Below are positions 43,514 through 57,641 of a stretch of 64,000 nt of DNA, piece after piece. Position 1 is the first letter of the stretch; every line of letters starts with the position of its first letter. Origin of the DNA: the human T2T-CHM13v2.0 reference genome, Homo sapiens; the NCBI RefSeq assembly GCF_009914755.1, contig NC_060937.1, one strand, 5' to 3'. The translations under genes were made by a program, and so were the position numbers. The notes under the pieces were generated by a model. It searched no databases. It had not been told where the DNA came from and saw only the letters and a program-made list of their open reading frames with translations.

Positions 43514-44049
43514 TTAATTCAATGAGTCCCATAAAGCCACATTTTAAACAAGCACCCAGGTGATGTCAATAGAGGGCATCTCCAACTGCCAAATGCTAGC
43601 CACCTGGTGGCATGGTCTCCCGTTATCTCCAGGCTTCTTGGCTCCAAAGACAAGTGCTCTTCACACTACCCCATAGGTTGCATGCAGACTGCTCCACCTG
43701 GTTCCCAGGTATGAAGAGTCCAATGAAAGTCCAGGGGATCGAGGAGAGGGAGGAGCCATAGAACCTGGAGGCCAGATGGAGCACTCTACACGCATCCTGT
43801 GGGCAGCATGAAGAGCCCCTGGTCAAACCTGAGGACAGAGAGGACAAAACCAGTCTCACCTTGACCGAAGTCACCCCAGAGGAGCCATTGGTTTGAAGGC
43901 CTGAGTAAGAGAAGGATCCAATGTCACCAACAATTGTCCCACCACCATAGGTTAACCCTGAAGGTCAAGCCTTCTAAAACTCCCTCTGCTTTATTCATGA
44001 TCAACATTACATTAACTATATTAAATACTACAGGTAGTACATAATGAGT

Positions 44050-44217
44050 GTGGAATCAAAAGGAAGCCAGGCTAAACTCGTTCATAAAAAGTGCAATTTC
44101 CTCCTCTTTTTCCCCAAGGGGAACATATAGAAAGGTTTTGGTCTGGCTCTGCCAATCCTGGATTTGCCTTCTGCTTGGGCTTTCCTCAGACAGTGCATGT
44201 CTGCACCTTGAGGGACA
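44050..44217 (-). repeat. Copy B of the ~170-bp inverted duplication (partner 35591-35760)
   Basis: 44145-44171 'ggctctgccaatcctggatttgccttc' is the exact reverse complement of 35638-35664. Confidence 0.9.
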
Positions 44218-44329
44218 TAATATACATTTGATATTGCTTAATAAACTTTTACTCTGTGCCACAAAGTGGGGACCCTCCTTGTGGGAGGCAACAGCATGTG
44301 TGAAGACCCTGGATAAGACAGTGCTCTGA

Positions 44330-44487
44330 TCACTTGCTCCTGAAAGTCTGTGGGGTTCACGGACTAGCAGCATCACCCGGAGCATGTTAGAAACACAGAT
44401 TCTCAGCCCTCACTTCCCAAATCAGAATCTGCATTTAACAAGATGTCCAGGTGACTTGTATGAGCATGAAAAATTGAGAAGCTCTGC
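44330..44487. mobile_element. MER5-like hAT-Charlie element
   Basis: 'gcagcatcacccggagcatgttagaaa...aatcagaatctgcatttaacaagat...ttgagaagctctg'. Confidence 0.8.
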
Positions 44488-46169
44488 TTTCTTTCTCACA
44501 AACCCCTGCAAGCTCAGATTCACGGAGGCTTAAAAGGGTTACATAACTTTGGTTCCTAAAGTAATATACTTCTGGATTTTGTCTTTATGGTACGTGTGCC
44601 TCAGCCCATGCCTTTTCTTTTTCTTGTAAAGACAAGTATACAGATTTCTATTAATAAATGAATTCCAAATTAAAGTGATTTCTGAAGTCAGAGCTGGCTG
44701 TGCACTGCTGCACTCTAGTGGGGAAGATCTGGAATTGCAGGTAAATGCTGACTCCCATGCAATTCAGAAGGAATTCCTGTTAGCCAAGCCTCCTGGACTC
44801 CTCAAGGGAGTCTTTAAAAATCGTAAGCACACTTCTTACACCTCACATGCCTCATACCTAAACTGTGTCTGGGTTAATAAAATGGCTTTCAGACCTCAGG
44901 TACCTGCTGATCAGTGTTAACTTTGGACTGAAGGAACAGTCACAGTCAATGTTTCTTACTGTAGCCTTTGGGCATAAGCATTTGGCTCTCTCCGGTCCCT
45001 GCCACCTGTGAGGCTATACATGTCTCTGGTACATCAGCCTCTGCTACTCAGGGTCCTCAGCTCCATAGCAAGGGCCACTTGAGAATGACCCCTGCATTTT
45101 CAGGCTTTGACCATGGGAGAAAGCAAAATAAGAGAAATGGTTTTGCCTCACTGCCTGGGCTTGGCTGAAGTGAAGATGACTGCTTAGGCATTTCAAGGGG
45201 AATCCTCGGGGACTCTTTCCCAGGATAATTTTCAACACCCACCCCAGGGTCCCCTGGCTACCTCCCCGACCTGCCCAGCCAGAAGCAACCTCTCCTATTC
45301 CTGAGTGCTTGAAGTTCTTTGTCCTCAGCTCCTTGCACCCAGAGGTACCAGATTTACCACGAGTAATGCGAGAAGGCAGTAATCGTTCCTGCCTGCTGTC
45401 CTGTGCTTGGCAGTAAGCCTATGGGGAGCAGGGATCATCTTTGGTCACTCGGGGCAGGAGTCAATGATGTACAGAATCCTAGAGACACATTTTGTAAATG
45501 GCCAAGTCTATCCCCTTATTAAACTGCAGCCACCAGCACGCCCAGCCATAGAACTGTAAGGCCTGCAATCGCTGACACCGTGGTTGGAGGCCTCCTCTGT
45601 TGGGGAAAGCCAGTCCTCTACACTGCTCTAAATATTTGTGCATCTCCTGCCAAAGTGCTCAAGGCTGATAGGGGGTGAGTGCCCAGGATGGAGCCACCGG
45701 CTAAACTGTGACAAGATGACAGTCTTCCAGACTTGTGGCCCAACATTTCATCCAGAATAAAGCATATCTGAGATTTTACTGTCTCCCTGAAGAACAATCA
45801 CATGGAGTGTGATTGATTGGTTGAAGTGTGAGCTATAAGCTGGCATGGGGCAGGCCTCACATCAGCTTCAGAGCTGGAGCTCTTGGGCCTCAACCATCAG
45901 TCCACACTAATGCCATTCTCCTGGGCTTCCCAGCTGTCCTATCGAAGAGTGAGGAACCCCGTGGACTTCCCTATTCTGGACTCTGGATTTTAAACACCTT
46001 CCTGTGGCTTTAAGGAATGTCCTTCAGTCTGAATACAGTCTTGCTTAGTCTGGGTTTCTTTTGACTGTGAGCACTCTTGGAATAGTGTAAGTCGTTGTCA
46101 GGAAGCAACAGGGAAGAAAGAGGCTTGTCGACAAAACCATCAGTGTCAGATGTAGAAACTGCTGCTGTG

Positions 46170-46370
46170 GGAAGTGAGCCTGGAAGACCTGTCTTGAGTC
46201 TTAACTCTGTCTTTTACTAGTGTGAGTCCCTGGACAAATCTTTTACTCAGCCTTCAGTTTCCTCATCTGCAAAATAAAGACAATAATAACTATCTCACAG
46301 GGCTTCTTTGAAGAATAAATGAGAAAACGTAAATGACATTGCCTCCTGCACATTAGGCAAATGTTTGCAG
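46170..46370 (+). mobile_element. MIR
   Basis: 'cagtttcctcatctgcaaaataaagacaataataactatctcacaggg'. Confidence 0.8.
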
Positions 46371-48209
46371 GATCTGGAACCTGGCTGTTTATCACTGTGT
46401 AGAACATGGATCAGGAAGGATCCATCTTGAAGTCAGTCCCCAAGGGCTGATTTCCTGGAGCTCCATGTGGATATCATTTGAAGGCCATTTGACCCAAAGG
46501 GTGATTGTATTCTGATGTCTTTACAGGAGATCCTTGTGCAAGGCAGAGCATGAACTCCCTCAAAGAGAGTCAGCAGGAGACTCATGGAAACTCAAAAGGA
46601 ACCATATAAATTCCTTCTTGCCAAGCTTTTTCTAAACACAGAAACCCCTTAATTGGTCTGAATCTCATGTAAACCGATAAAAGGCAAACTATTGGTCATG
46701 CCCAGCTCTTAGGGTCTCTGTGGTGGGTGTTGTTGGGAGCAGATTAGAACTCCCTGCAGCCTGGCTACCAGGTTTTAGTTAAAGCAAATCTCAGATCAAA
46801 TTCTGCTACATGTTTGCTTTTTAAAAGCCAAACATTTATGAAAAAGGAGGCATAAAAGATTTCATACAATCTGTTTTGTAAGTTTGTTGATGTCTCAGCT
46901 CCCTGTAGTTCAGATGGACCCACCTTGTGTGAAAGAACCCCAAGGCACACACAACACCACCCTGATGCAGGCTCTTACTTTCATAGTCAGTATCAGACAC
47001 TTTTGGGAGGGGTGCTCCCAAAGCCATGGCTAGACACAGGGCTCTTTATGGATTGAGCCTGAGTGTCGTCTGTGTGAGTACAGGCTCCAGATGTCACTAG
47101 ATTTCTATTCTCTGTGCGGGGTGGGGTGTATCTTTAAAATATTTTCACCAGCTCATACTTCCTGAATGCCTTTATTTTCAACAATGAGGCCCATTTCTAA
47201 TATTTATAACATTAATCAGTTAGCAACTAATTTTGCTCATCAATATTCTTTCAGACATTTGCCATATTTATTAATAAAGCCTCAAGTATTGCTCGAGAAT
47301 TGGGTATCAGAAGCATTTGTTGCACCTGCTTCTGGAGAGTGTCATTTCTGGAGTGTGGATTCTCGAAACTACCAACTGACTTCTCTAGAATTGAAGCTTT
47401 CACTAACCAGCAACTGCATGATCTCATAGAGTTTATGCTGGAGTGTTTTCATGTTGATTACAGATACCAAAACAAAAGGATGGGTCCCATCATGAGCGAT
47501 GGATTCTATAAAATACTGAGTACTATTTGTACTGTGTGGCTAGCACCATGACAAGCATGGTGGAACTTAAAAGGAAAGTAGGAATCACTTGCCTTTAAAT
47601 CACGTATGAATTAGTTGAAAAGATATACAATCTGAAACAGAAGAGTGAGAGAGAGAGTACACAAAGCAATCTTCAGAGATGGGGTCATTACTGAAGACCT
47701 GGGCAACCAAGGGCAGAGGTCTTGAATTCATCTTGGGCAGTGGACGACCTCTGGACAGGCAGATGAGGCGAACAGAAAGATGCTCCAAGTTTGATGTGTG
47801 GATAGACACAGGAGGCCACCCTGCTAGTCTTCCTGTTGGAAGGTATGGCCTAAGGAAGGACCAGTTCTATGGACAACTTGGAAATTTCTCATGGTCAGGT
47901 TTGTACTGCATCCTTTGTTCTTTTGCTTTTACAGGGAACAGCTGTCTTCCCATGCCAACCCTTTCCCAAAGCACCAAAGGGCTGGCCACTCCCAAGGCTG
48001 CTTGGCTCTGTGGGGTTACTAGATGCAGCTAGTGGTGACTGTTTAAGATAGATAATTTCATTCCCATGATATATGTGTAAGGATTGACATTCATTTTGCA
48101 AGCATTATTTATTTAGAAAAGTGTTGTTTATTAGACAACCAATGTGCCTAAAAAGAAAATTAAGTACATTTTAATTATAAAATTACTATGAAATGCTCAA
48201 GGGAATTTA

Positions 48210-48570
<361 letters not shown>

Positions 48571-49299
48571 GATTTATAAGTAAAATAATAAGATTTGTTA
48601 AATTTGACTTAAAAACTTGAGAAAACCTGGGTTTTAGAATATGTTGCTTTAAAAAAGTGAATAATAATTTTTAACACCAAAGCCATCTTGTCTGTGTTCC
48701 AAGACTCCTCTCAGGACCATAACCAGGAGAGACAGGGGAAACCAGGCAATAAACATCCCTAGGGGAAGATGTTTTTCTCACAGTGCTTCTCTGAGTCGTG
48801 TTCTCTCACCAAACCTGGCTTCCCCCTTTGAAGGAGAGAAGAAAAATTGTGAATTCAGTATGTTGGAGATGGCAGGTTTCACACGCTGACCTCTACTTTC
48901 CTCGTAGAGATTAATTCCTCCCAGCCTATCTCCTAGTAATAAATGACCTACTGTCTTGATTCCATCTAGCTGGGCTAGTTCATCTGCTCCTGGAGCCCAA
49001 ATCGCCATGACTTCTCTTCCAAACGCTGGGTCCCTACTTCACCCACTGGAGGTCCCTAGGACAGCCTGCTGTCGTCTCAAATTCAACATATCCATTATGT
49101 TCTTCTCCTGGGCTTCCTTCCTCTCTATTCTTGTCACTTGGCTCAAAACCTCAGGCATTTTCAATGTCTTTGCCACTGTCTCCACTTTCATTTAATAAGT
49201 TAGTTCTTCCTTAGAGATTTTCTTCCCTCTACCACTATTTTCTGAGGTCAGTCTCTGACTTCTAGATCACAGTAATAATTTTTTGATAGAGAGGAGAGA

Positions 49300-49447
49300 T
49301 TTTTAAAATTAAGATATAAATCTCATATCATGAAATTTATCCTTTTGAAGTGTACAGTTCAGTGTTTTTCAGTATATCCACAGATATGTGCAACCATCAC
49401 CACTATCTGTTTCCAGAAGATTTTCATCGTCTACAAAAGAAACCCTG
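49300..49447 (-). mobile_element. L1MB/ME 3' end fragment
   Basis: 'aagtgtacagttcagtgtttttcagtatatccacaga...caaccatcaccactatct'. Confidence 0.75.
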
Positions 49448-49799
49448 AGGAATGGCTTTTTAGTTAGTCTTGTCATTGCTGTTAATTTTTGAACTTAATA
49501 AAATATACTAAGAGGTGGCTTGAGTGGTAAGTGCTGCTTGGGCTCATATCCCAACAGTGCCTCATTGTCCTAAGAGCAGATGACTATGCAGTGGTTCAGG
49601 GATCCAAACCCCAGCTCTGCTATTTTTGCAACCTCAACATTGCCAGTGCCAACTTTTATCATTTATAAAATAAGAAAACAGTGGTACAGAATAAGACTAA
49701 ATGAACTACAGTGGATAAAATAGCTGACATGATTGGAGCAATCAAATAAGTTATAATCTTATAAACTTCTAACTCAAATACATAACTAGAATGCATCTT

Positions 49800-50275
49800 T
49801 GTAAAGTTTTAATTTTGAGATTTGCACATGAAGTTGCAGGAAATCATACAAGGGAGTATTCAGTCCCCTCCATGCTATCGTCTTGCAAAACCATTGAACA
49901 GTATCACAACCAGGATATTGGCATCGTTGCACTCAAGATAGGACATTTCCATCACCACAAGGATCCCTCATGTTTGGTTTTTACAGCCCCCACCTGCTCA
50001 TTAGCCCCTGGGGGAACTCTACTCTGCTTTCCATTTCTATAATCTTGTCATTTCCGTAATGTTAAATCAGTGGAATCATACAGTCGTTACCTTCTGCAAT
50101 TGGCTTTCCTCACTTGGCGAAGCTTGCATGAGGTCTGTGCACTGTTGTGTGCATCAACAGTCCATTTACTTTCATTGCTGAGTAGAATCCTGTGGTGTGG
50201 ATGTAACACATTGTGTTTAACCATTCGCCCATTGAAGGACGTCAGGGTTGTTTCCAGTTTGGGGCTATTCCTATA
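49800..50275 (-). mobile_element. L1MC-type 3' end
   Basis: 'tatcacaaccaggatattg...catttccatcaccacaaggatccctcatg...ttccagtttggggctatt'. Confidence 0.8.
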
Positions 50276-50484
50276 GTGCGTATTAATTCAGACACCACAG
50301 TTTAGAAAAGACCCTTACATAGACCTCACCTCTTCCATGCAATCGCTTTTGGGAGACAGGGCATTTAATAGTTGTGAAAGGGGCTTCCTAATGTCACATA
50401 GGTGGTCTGCAGCAGGGCTGGCACTCAGATCTTCTGAATAAATACACTGGGCTCCTTTACCATATCCCTCTGCTTCCTCATATA

Positions 50485-50620
50485 AGCTCATTCAACAAAT
50501 ATCTCCAGGGTACCTGAGCTCTGGGGACACAGAGAATAGGCTGCTGTTCTTATAGAGCCTGCAGTAGAGTGGGAAGCCAGACATTTGAATAAACATAACA
50601 AAGAAAGATAATGACTGTCA
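50485..50620 (-). mobile_element. L2 3' end
   Basis: 'tcattcaacaaatat...ctggggacacag'. Confidence 0.6.
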
Positions 50621-51769
50621 CACTCTGGTGGGACGTGAAGAGATGTGTTTGGTGTATTTTGGGCGACTGAGCACGGTGCCTGTATGTCCTGGGCATTGGG
50701 GAGCTGGGGACAGATGTGAACGCAGTGAAGGGCAGCAGTGTGGGTGCAGTGCTGTGTCGAGCAGTTCTGCTGGGCCCAGGACGGATGCACGCTGAGAACA
50801 GGTATCCTCATTTCTGTGACTATTCAAGTCTTACAGAGAAGCAGAGCCCTGTGTGCAGAGACCCCGAGAAACACCGCTTTCCTAAGATGGCCTCTGCAGG
50901 AGGAGGGAGGAAAAGGTGCTGAAGACATTCAAACCTCAGAGGCTGGAGATAAAGGAACTTGAGTAAATACGTTGTGGTTTAACTACCAGGCCAAAGCACA
51001 ACGGCCAGACAGGAGGAATGGCAGAGGCCAGTGAGTGATCAGCACACCTGGGCAGATGCAAGGAGGTGGAGGAAGAGGACCGACGATGCAATGATGAGGC
51101 TCATCTGGATGTATTTGCAGTCAAACTCTATACCCAAGCTCTGGCAGGGGAAGGGGCACAGTAGGACATAGAGATGCTCATGGTGGCCACCAACGGCCCC
51201 CACTCATGGTCTCAGACATCCCTTTTCTCACAACTGGGGACATGGCAAGGATCAAGCCCCTCAGATTTCCCAGGCACAGATGCTGCCTCTCAGGTGGACA
51301 AGAAAGTGGCCCCAACAGCACCATGCACAGGTACGTTAGGAGGTCAGTGACTCTGACCTGGACTCATTTCCAGAAGGCGTTGCACTACAGCTGCTCTTGT
51401 AGATGATAAGGCAAGAAAGAGAAGGAGGTTAAGGTGAAATAGCAAGGCTGTGAGTGCGGCTGTCAGGAGCTCAGCTCCTCCGCTGGGGAAGCGAGGTCCA
51501 GGCAATGCAGAGCAAGGGTTTCTGCTGTCCTGAGGCTTCTGCCCTGGATCCCAAGGCCTGGGGCCCCCCTGAGCCCACTGTCCACCAGGGCCAAGTCCCC
51601 ACCCTGTGCACTGTGCCTGCTGTATGTGGAATCTGCTTCCACTCCTTCCGAGAGAGGCAGCACCTTAACCAGGCTGTGTCCACAGAGGGAAGTGCTCCAT
51701 GGCTGCTGGTCAAGGCACTGATTAATGCAAGCAGGCATTAAGTGCTTAATGAAAATGGATCAGTGATTA

Positions 51770-51995
51770 AGAAAACGGACTTTGGGGTAAGCTAGCTGGC
51801 TCTGATCTTGGCTCTCCTGCCTGCCAGCTGCATGTCCTATGACAAGTCGTCTAACCTTCCCAAGCCTCGGTTTTGTCCTCTGTGAATTGGGGGTGCAGCT
51901 TGGTTGAAATGCTCCTGGCATAGGGTGCTGTATTAAGGGAAATCGTGGGAGCTGCATGCTTCCACAGGGCCTGGCCCCTGGCTCGAGCTCAATGA
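51770..51995 (+). mobile_element. MIR
   Basis: 'gacaagtcgtctaaccttcccaagcctcggtttt...ctgtgaattgggg'. Confidence 0.65.
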
Positions 51996-53899
51996 GAAAT
52001 CATTATGTGAGAACAGACATCTTTTCCCCTTCCAGAAGTGCCACAGCTGCCTCCTTACCCTGCTTGCCTTGGTCCACTCCAGGATCCTGTGCATGGTAGG
52101 TTTGTGAGACTCAGGGTCCTGCCTGTTTTGCTGGGTGCTAGACTGCATGGGAGGCCACGGCAGAGTGAGCGGCTCTGTGTGGGTGTCTTGCTGGAGGCTT
52201 ATGGCTGCCACCCATGTCTCCTGGAGTGGGCAGCATTAAGCAGGACCTAGAGGCTCCAGGTGGATCAGTGGGTGCTCAGGGGCAAGTACGCAAAGCTTGC
52301 AGCCTTCCTGGAGGCATGTGGGCCACTTCATGGCTTTGCACAGAGGGGCTTGGGAGAAGCCTGGGTTGAGGAGTAAATACATTAGCATTCTCCAACACAC
52401 TTGCTTCTGGGGGCACTGAATGGTGTGTATGTGTGTAACAGAAACATTGCTGATTCATCTGTTTCCCAAACATTTGTGATGTGCTTAGCAGGCCCGGGGT
52501 TCAGAAATGATTCCCAGGCACTCCCACACTCACAGAGCGGTGGCAAGCCAGTTACACATACAGTCTGCGCAGTGTGGTGGGGGCTGGGCTAGAAGCCGTC
52601 CCAGGAGCCACAGAACAAGTGCTGAGGATGCACATTCCACTAGAGAACCATCACGCAGGGCGGTGGTTCATCGGAAGGCACATGGGAAAAGGGAAGAGTG
52701 AAGGCTATTCGCAGCACAGGCTGGAAGCGTGCCGACCGCTGAGGCCCGCACTCTTCCTGGCTGGTCAGCACTCAAGACTAAGCAAGCAGCCTGGACTGCC
52801 CAGTGTGGTGGAAGCTTCAACTCAAGGGCACCATTGCAAGCTTCGGGCTTGGCAGAAACAGTGGCCCCAGTGCCAGGTGCCCAGGAGACAGTCAGGAGGG
52901 CTGACTTCCTCCCTTACCTCTATCCATCAGACACCGACTTGGAGACATTCATGGGCCAGGATGGTGGTAGCTGAGGGTGATGTTCAAATAAGGCAGTCAC
53001 AGCCTCTCAAGGGAGATGGACAAGCAGGGGAGTGGAGACCAGGGTGAGGGTGGGGAGACCAAACAGACAGCGGCAGTGTCCCCTGTGGAGGGGCCTAGGG
53101 AAAACTCCATGGAGGTGACCTTAAGTGGATTCAGAGTCTGAATTCAGGCTGAAGCTTCCTGTGTACGTGGGCTTGGCCATGCCTGGCTGCCTGGAGTTCA
53201 CAGAGAGCCGAAGGCCACCAGGGAAAGGGCAGCAGTGCCGTGGTGCCCACAGCCCTCCTGCAACCCACAATCTGCAGAGGCGGCTGCGTTTGCATAAGTT
53301 CCCCACACCCTGCTGATCAGTAAACAATGAAACTGTTCTCCCCTGATTCTGCAGAGGTTCTCCCTGCTACACACACCCAGTGTGTGTGGCTCCAGGTCTC
53401 ATGTGTGGCCTGCAGTGGGAGACAGGCCCCCAGAATGAGTGGAGGCTCCTGAACAGCCTCACCTCCTGCCATCACCCCTGTGGGTCCCCCGGGATACTGG
53501 CCTTGTCCGCTCAGAGTCACAGGGTGGCTCGGGCACTTGCAGAGGGAAACGGTGTTTTGTTTTAGCAGCATCTTTCAGCAGGTTCTTTCATCCTCACTTG
53601 ACTACTCTTCTCTAGCAAAGGAAGAGGTTGTGTGTTGGCAAAATCCTTCACTCCACCCAGTTTCAGCTTCAGCTGGATGGCAAGTCTGTTACCTTTTGGG
53701 ATTTATGCCAAGAGGTGAGTCTTTTGCTTTTGTTTTTTTTAAAAAAAGTGTGGTTGAGGCACTCTACACTTACTCTTCTACCCTTTATTCCATCTGGAAC
53801 CTGATACCACTTCTAATCTCATTCTGCCCCAAGTTTCTATCTCTATCCATCCATTTCCTTCCCTACTTCCCATGGTAACTCTATGTGGCAGCCACAGTT

Positions 53900-54630
53900 G
53901 ATCACCTACTCAATAGCTATACTCCTTGCTAAGGGAACTCCATTTATTCCTGTATTGGGTGAAGCTTCCCAGAGGGTAAAGCTTGAGTAGTCTGGGATTA
54001 AGCCAATTATGGTAACTCCTGGTTTATGCATGGTCATGAGATGCACTTCTGGCCAATGAGGGGTGAGAAGTCAGCTGTAGGGCCTCTTGAAAAGTTCAAA
54101 AGGGATATGAAAAAGTAATATTCTGTCTCCCTGATTGGGACATGCGTGTTAGGATGTGATGCTTGGAGCTGCAGCAGCCATCTCATGACCATGAGGGGAC
54201 TAGCCTGAGGACAAAACCTGCAAAATTGGAGATGACAGAGCAGAAAGGTGGAAAGAATTCATGTTCATGCTGATATTGTCGATCTATTGAATTAACCGCT
54301 TTCACTTCTTGTTACAAAATAATGTTTTCTCATTGTTTGAGTCAAGAGTCAGCAAACTATGGTGTATGGGCCAAATAGGCCTGCTATCTCTTTTTATAAA
54401 TAGTTTTATTAAAACACAGCCATGCTCATTTGTTTACGATTGACCATAGCTGCCTTTGTTACAGTGGCAGAGTTGTGTAGCTGCTACAAAGGCAAAGCCT
54501 AAAATATTTTCTATCTGGCCCTTTACAAAAAAAAAAGAAAAAAGTTTGCCAACCCCTAATTTAAGCCATTTGCAGGGGGTGGAGGGGTCATCTATTACCT
54601 GAAGCCAAAAACATTCAAATAGATAACCCT
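53900..54630 (+). mobile_element. Old MaLR LTR (MLT1H/I-like) interrupted by MER58A
   Basis: 'ttctggccaatgag', 'ggagctgcagcagccatct...gaccatgagg'; resumes after 54558. Confidence 0.65.
54344..54558 (+). mobile_element. MER58A hAT-Charlie element
   Basis: Termini 'caagagtcagcaaact' and 'agtttgccaacccct'; 'cctaaaatattttctatctggccctttaca'. Confidence 0.88.
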
Positions 54631-55232
54631 GCCACTTAACATACGGTATCAATATCTTTCTTTGTTCTTTATTTTATTATTTGCCTTAAACATTCTGAGC
54701 TGCACTGAATTCAGTCATAAATTCAACAAATAAGTATTGAGGAACTAACAAAGCACTTCAAAATTTAGTAGCATTAAAAACAGCAATTTATTATTATCTC
54801 TCATGGCCTGTAGCCTAACTTGGGAGTCTCTCATGCAGTTTTGGTCAGGGGTTGGCTGGGGCTGCAGTGAGCTGAAGGGTCAACTGGGGCTGGACATCCA
54901 AGATGGTGCACTCACATAGTTGGTGGTTGATGCTGGCTGTTGGCTGTGGCCTCTCCGTTGTCTTGGGCTCCTCACCATGTAGTGGCTGGTTGAACAAGGA
55001 AGTCTTGAGAGCAAGTGTTCTAAAAGGCCTAAGTGGAATGCCAGGCTAGTTGAGGACTATGCCTAGAAGGGCACAGCATCATTTCTGTATTCTACAAAAT
55101 ACTGTATTCTATTGGTCAAAGCAGACACAAAGCCTTTGCCAATTGAAGGAGGCAAAGAGAATGTATCTTCACCTCTTGATGAGAGAGTGTCAAGTTTCAC
55201 AATGCAGAAGAGTTAGTGGGATGGAAATACTA

Positions 55233-55580
<348 letters not shown>

Positions 55581-56369
55581 AACAATTTGCCACAATCTGC
55601 CCTATGAGCACAGTAATTCACCTCCTTCCTCAACACTCCAAAAGCATAATCAGAATCAGATTGGAAGGCTAGGATCTTGTTATCTATATCAAGTCCATGT
55701 GCAAAGGAGGCTCCTCAGATGGGGTTTCTCAGAGTTTCCTGTCAATATGGGCAACTGGAAACTAAAAAGACTATCTGCCTCTTTCATATGTACTCAACAT
55801 ACAGTGGGGTAGCTGTGTGTTGAGTATAAGGTAGCTGTAATAGACACTGCTGTTCAAAATTGGGGAGAAATGGGAGACACATGGCAGTCATTGATCATAG
55901 CAATTCTGAAATCCAGCTAAGTATGTGTATGTCTTTGGTTCTAAATTATAGCAAGTTCCTGCTCTCAGGGAGTTATTCTCCATGGTTCTTTGTTTTGCCC
56001 CTGTAAGAAACACCTCTACTTGCAGCTGAATAGCGAACTTCCTTAGCCTGCTTCCTGCCCATGTGAGTTTGGAAGTTCAGAGGCTTCTTTCCATTTCTGA
56101 ACCTTTTCTCTTGCATTTACTCCAAGCTGCAAGAGCAAACTGCAGCAAGCCAAATCTCATAAAAATGTGGATATTCTAGGAATAAGTTTGGTGTTAACAC
56201 CAAAATTTGGTGTATTATTATATTCACAAATATTTTTGAGACAGAGCCCTGCATGTCTTTGAGTTAGGATGCTTTACTAATAACTGAGATTCTTAGAGGT
56301 CTTTTGACTGAGAGGTCTATGAGGTGTGCCCTAAATCCCTGTGAAGTCTTAGAATAGAGCCACATCCTT

Positions 56370-56804
56370 TTTTAAAATTCTAATAGTTTTTGGAGTACAG
56401 GTGGCTTTTGGTTATAAGGATAAGTTCTTTAGTGGTGATTTCTGACATTTCAGTGCACCGCCACCTGAGCAATGTGCACTGTGCCCAATAGTCTTTTTTC
56501 CCTCACCCCCATCCCAACCTTCTCCGCTGAGATCCCAAAGTCCATTGTATCATTCTTATGCCTTTGTGTCCTCGTGGCTTAGCTCCCAGTTATAAGTGAG
56601 AACATGATATTTGGTTTTCCATTTCTGAGTTACTTCACTTAGTATGATGGCCTCCAGCTCATGCAAGTTACTGCAAAATACATTATTTTTTTCCATTTTA
56701 TGGCTGAGTAGTATTCCATTGTGTATCTATACCACATTTTATCTATTCATTGGCTGATGGGCACTTATGTTGGTTTCATATCTTTGCTATTGTGAATTGT
56801 GCTG
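56370..56804 (-). mobile_element. 5'-truncated L1PB 3' end
   Basis: Perfect 15-bp target-site duplication 'tagagccacatcctt' at 56355-56369 and 56805-56819. Confidence 0.88.
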
Positions 56805-57340
56805 TAGAGCCACATCCTTAAAAGAGTCATTTACCTTATGCCTACTTACTCTGAAAATAGTTTGCGGGATAGGGAGGCTGGGAATATGAAACAGTTACAT
56901 TTTGAACCCAGAAAGTCCTGGCTACTTTATGTTTTCTCGAAGTTGTATTTGAAAACAGAACTATTCCTTCTTTAGCTCACTTCTCTCTCCATCCCTTATC
57001 ATACATGACTAGATGAAATCAGTTGATCCTTTCAACATTCTACCTGAAATCTCATTAGCTAAATCCTGTGTCTGTTAGGCACATTTTTTTATTTTCCACA
57101 TTTCTGCAGGTGAAAGCTGTACTAAACCTTCTGCCACTACATCATGTCAATCTTTTTCTCTGGTTTCAGTAATCATCTCCTCACTATTCTTACAATCCCC
57201 AGTAATAACCATTTAGAGACTCTATAGGCCATGGCCTGTTCCAAAGCCAATGCCATATGTTTTAAGTTTTTAATGGTAACATCCTACTCCTGGTACCAAT
57301 TTCTGTTCTACTTATCTATTGCTGCTTAACATACCATCCG

Positions 57341-57641
57341 GGCTGGGTGTGGTGGCTTATACCTGTAATCCCAGCACTTTGAGAGGCTGATGTGGGTGGA
57401 TTGCTTGAGGTCAGGAGTTTAAAACCAACCTGGCCAACATGGTGAAACCCCATCTCTACTAAAAAATACAAAAATTAGCCATACGTGGTGGCATGCACCT
57501 GTAATCCCAGCTATTTGGGAGGCTGAGACATGAGAATTGCTTGAACCCGGCAGGGGTGGAGGTTGCAGTGAGCTGAGATCATGCCACTGCACTCCAGCCT
57601 GGGCAACAGAGTGAGTCTCCATTTTAAAAAACAAACAAACA
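57341..57641 (+). mobile_element. AluS
   Basis: Dimer; target-site duplication 'aacataccatc'. Confidence 0.93.

Noticed and set aside
50488-53878. Dense cluster of overlapping ORFs in the GC-richer segment
   Set aside because: Higher GC lowers stop-codon frequency; no recognisable domain or consistent exon structure.
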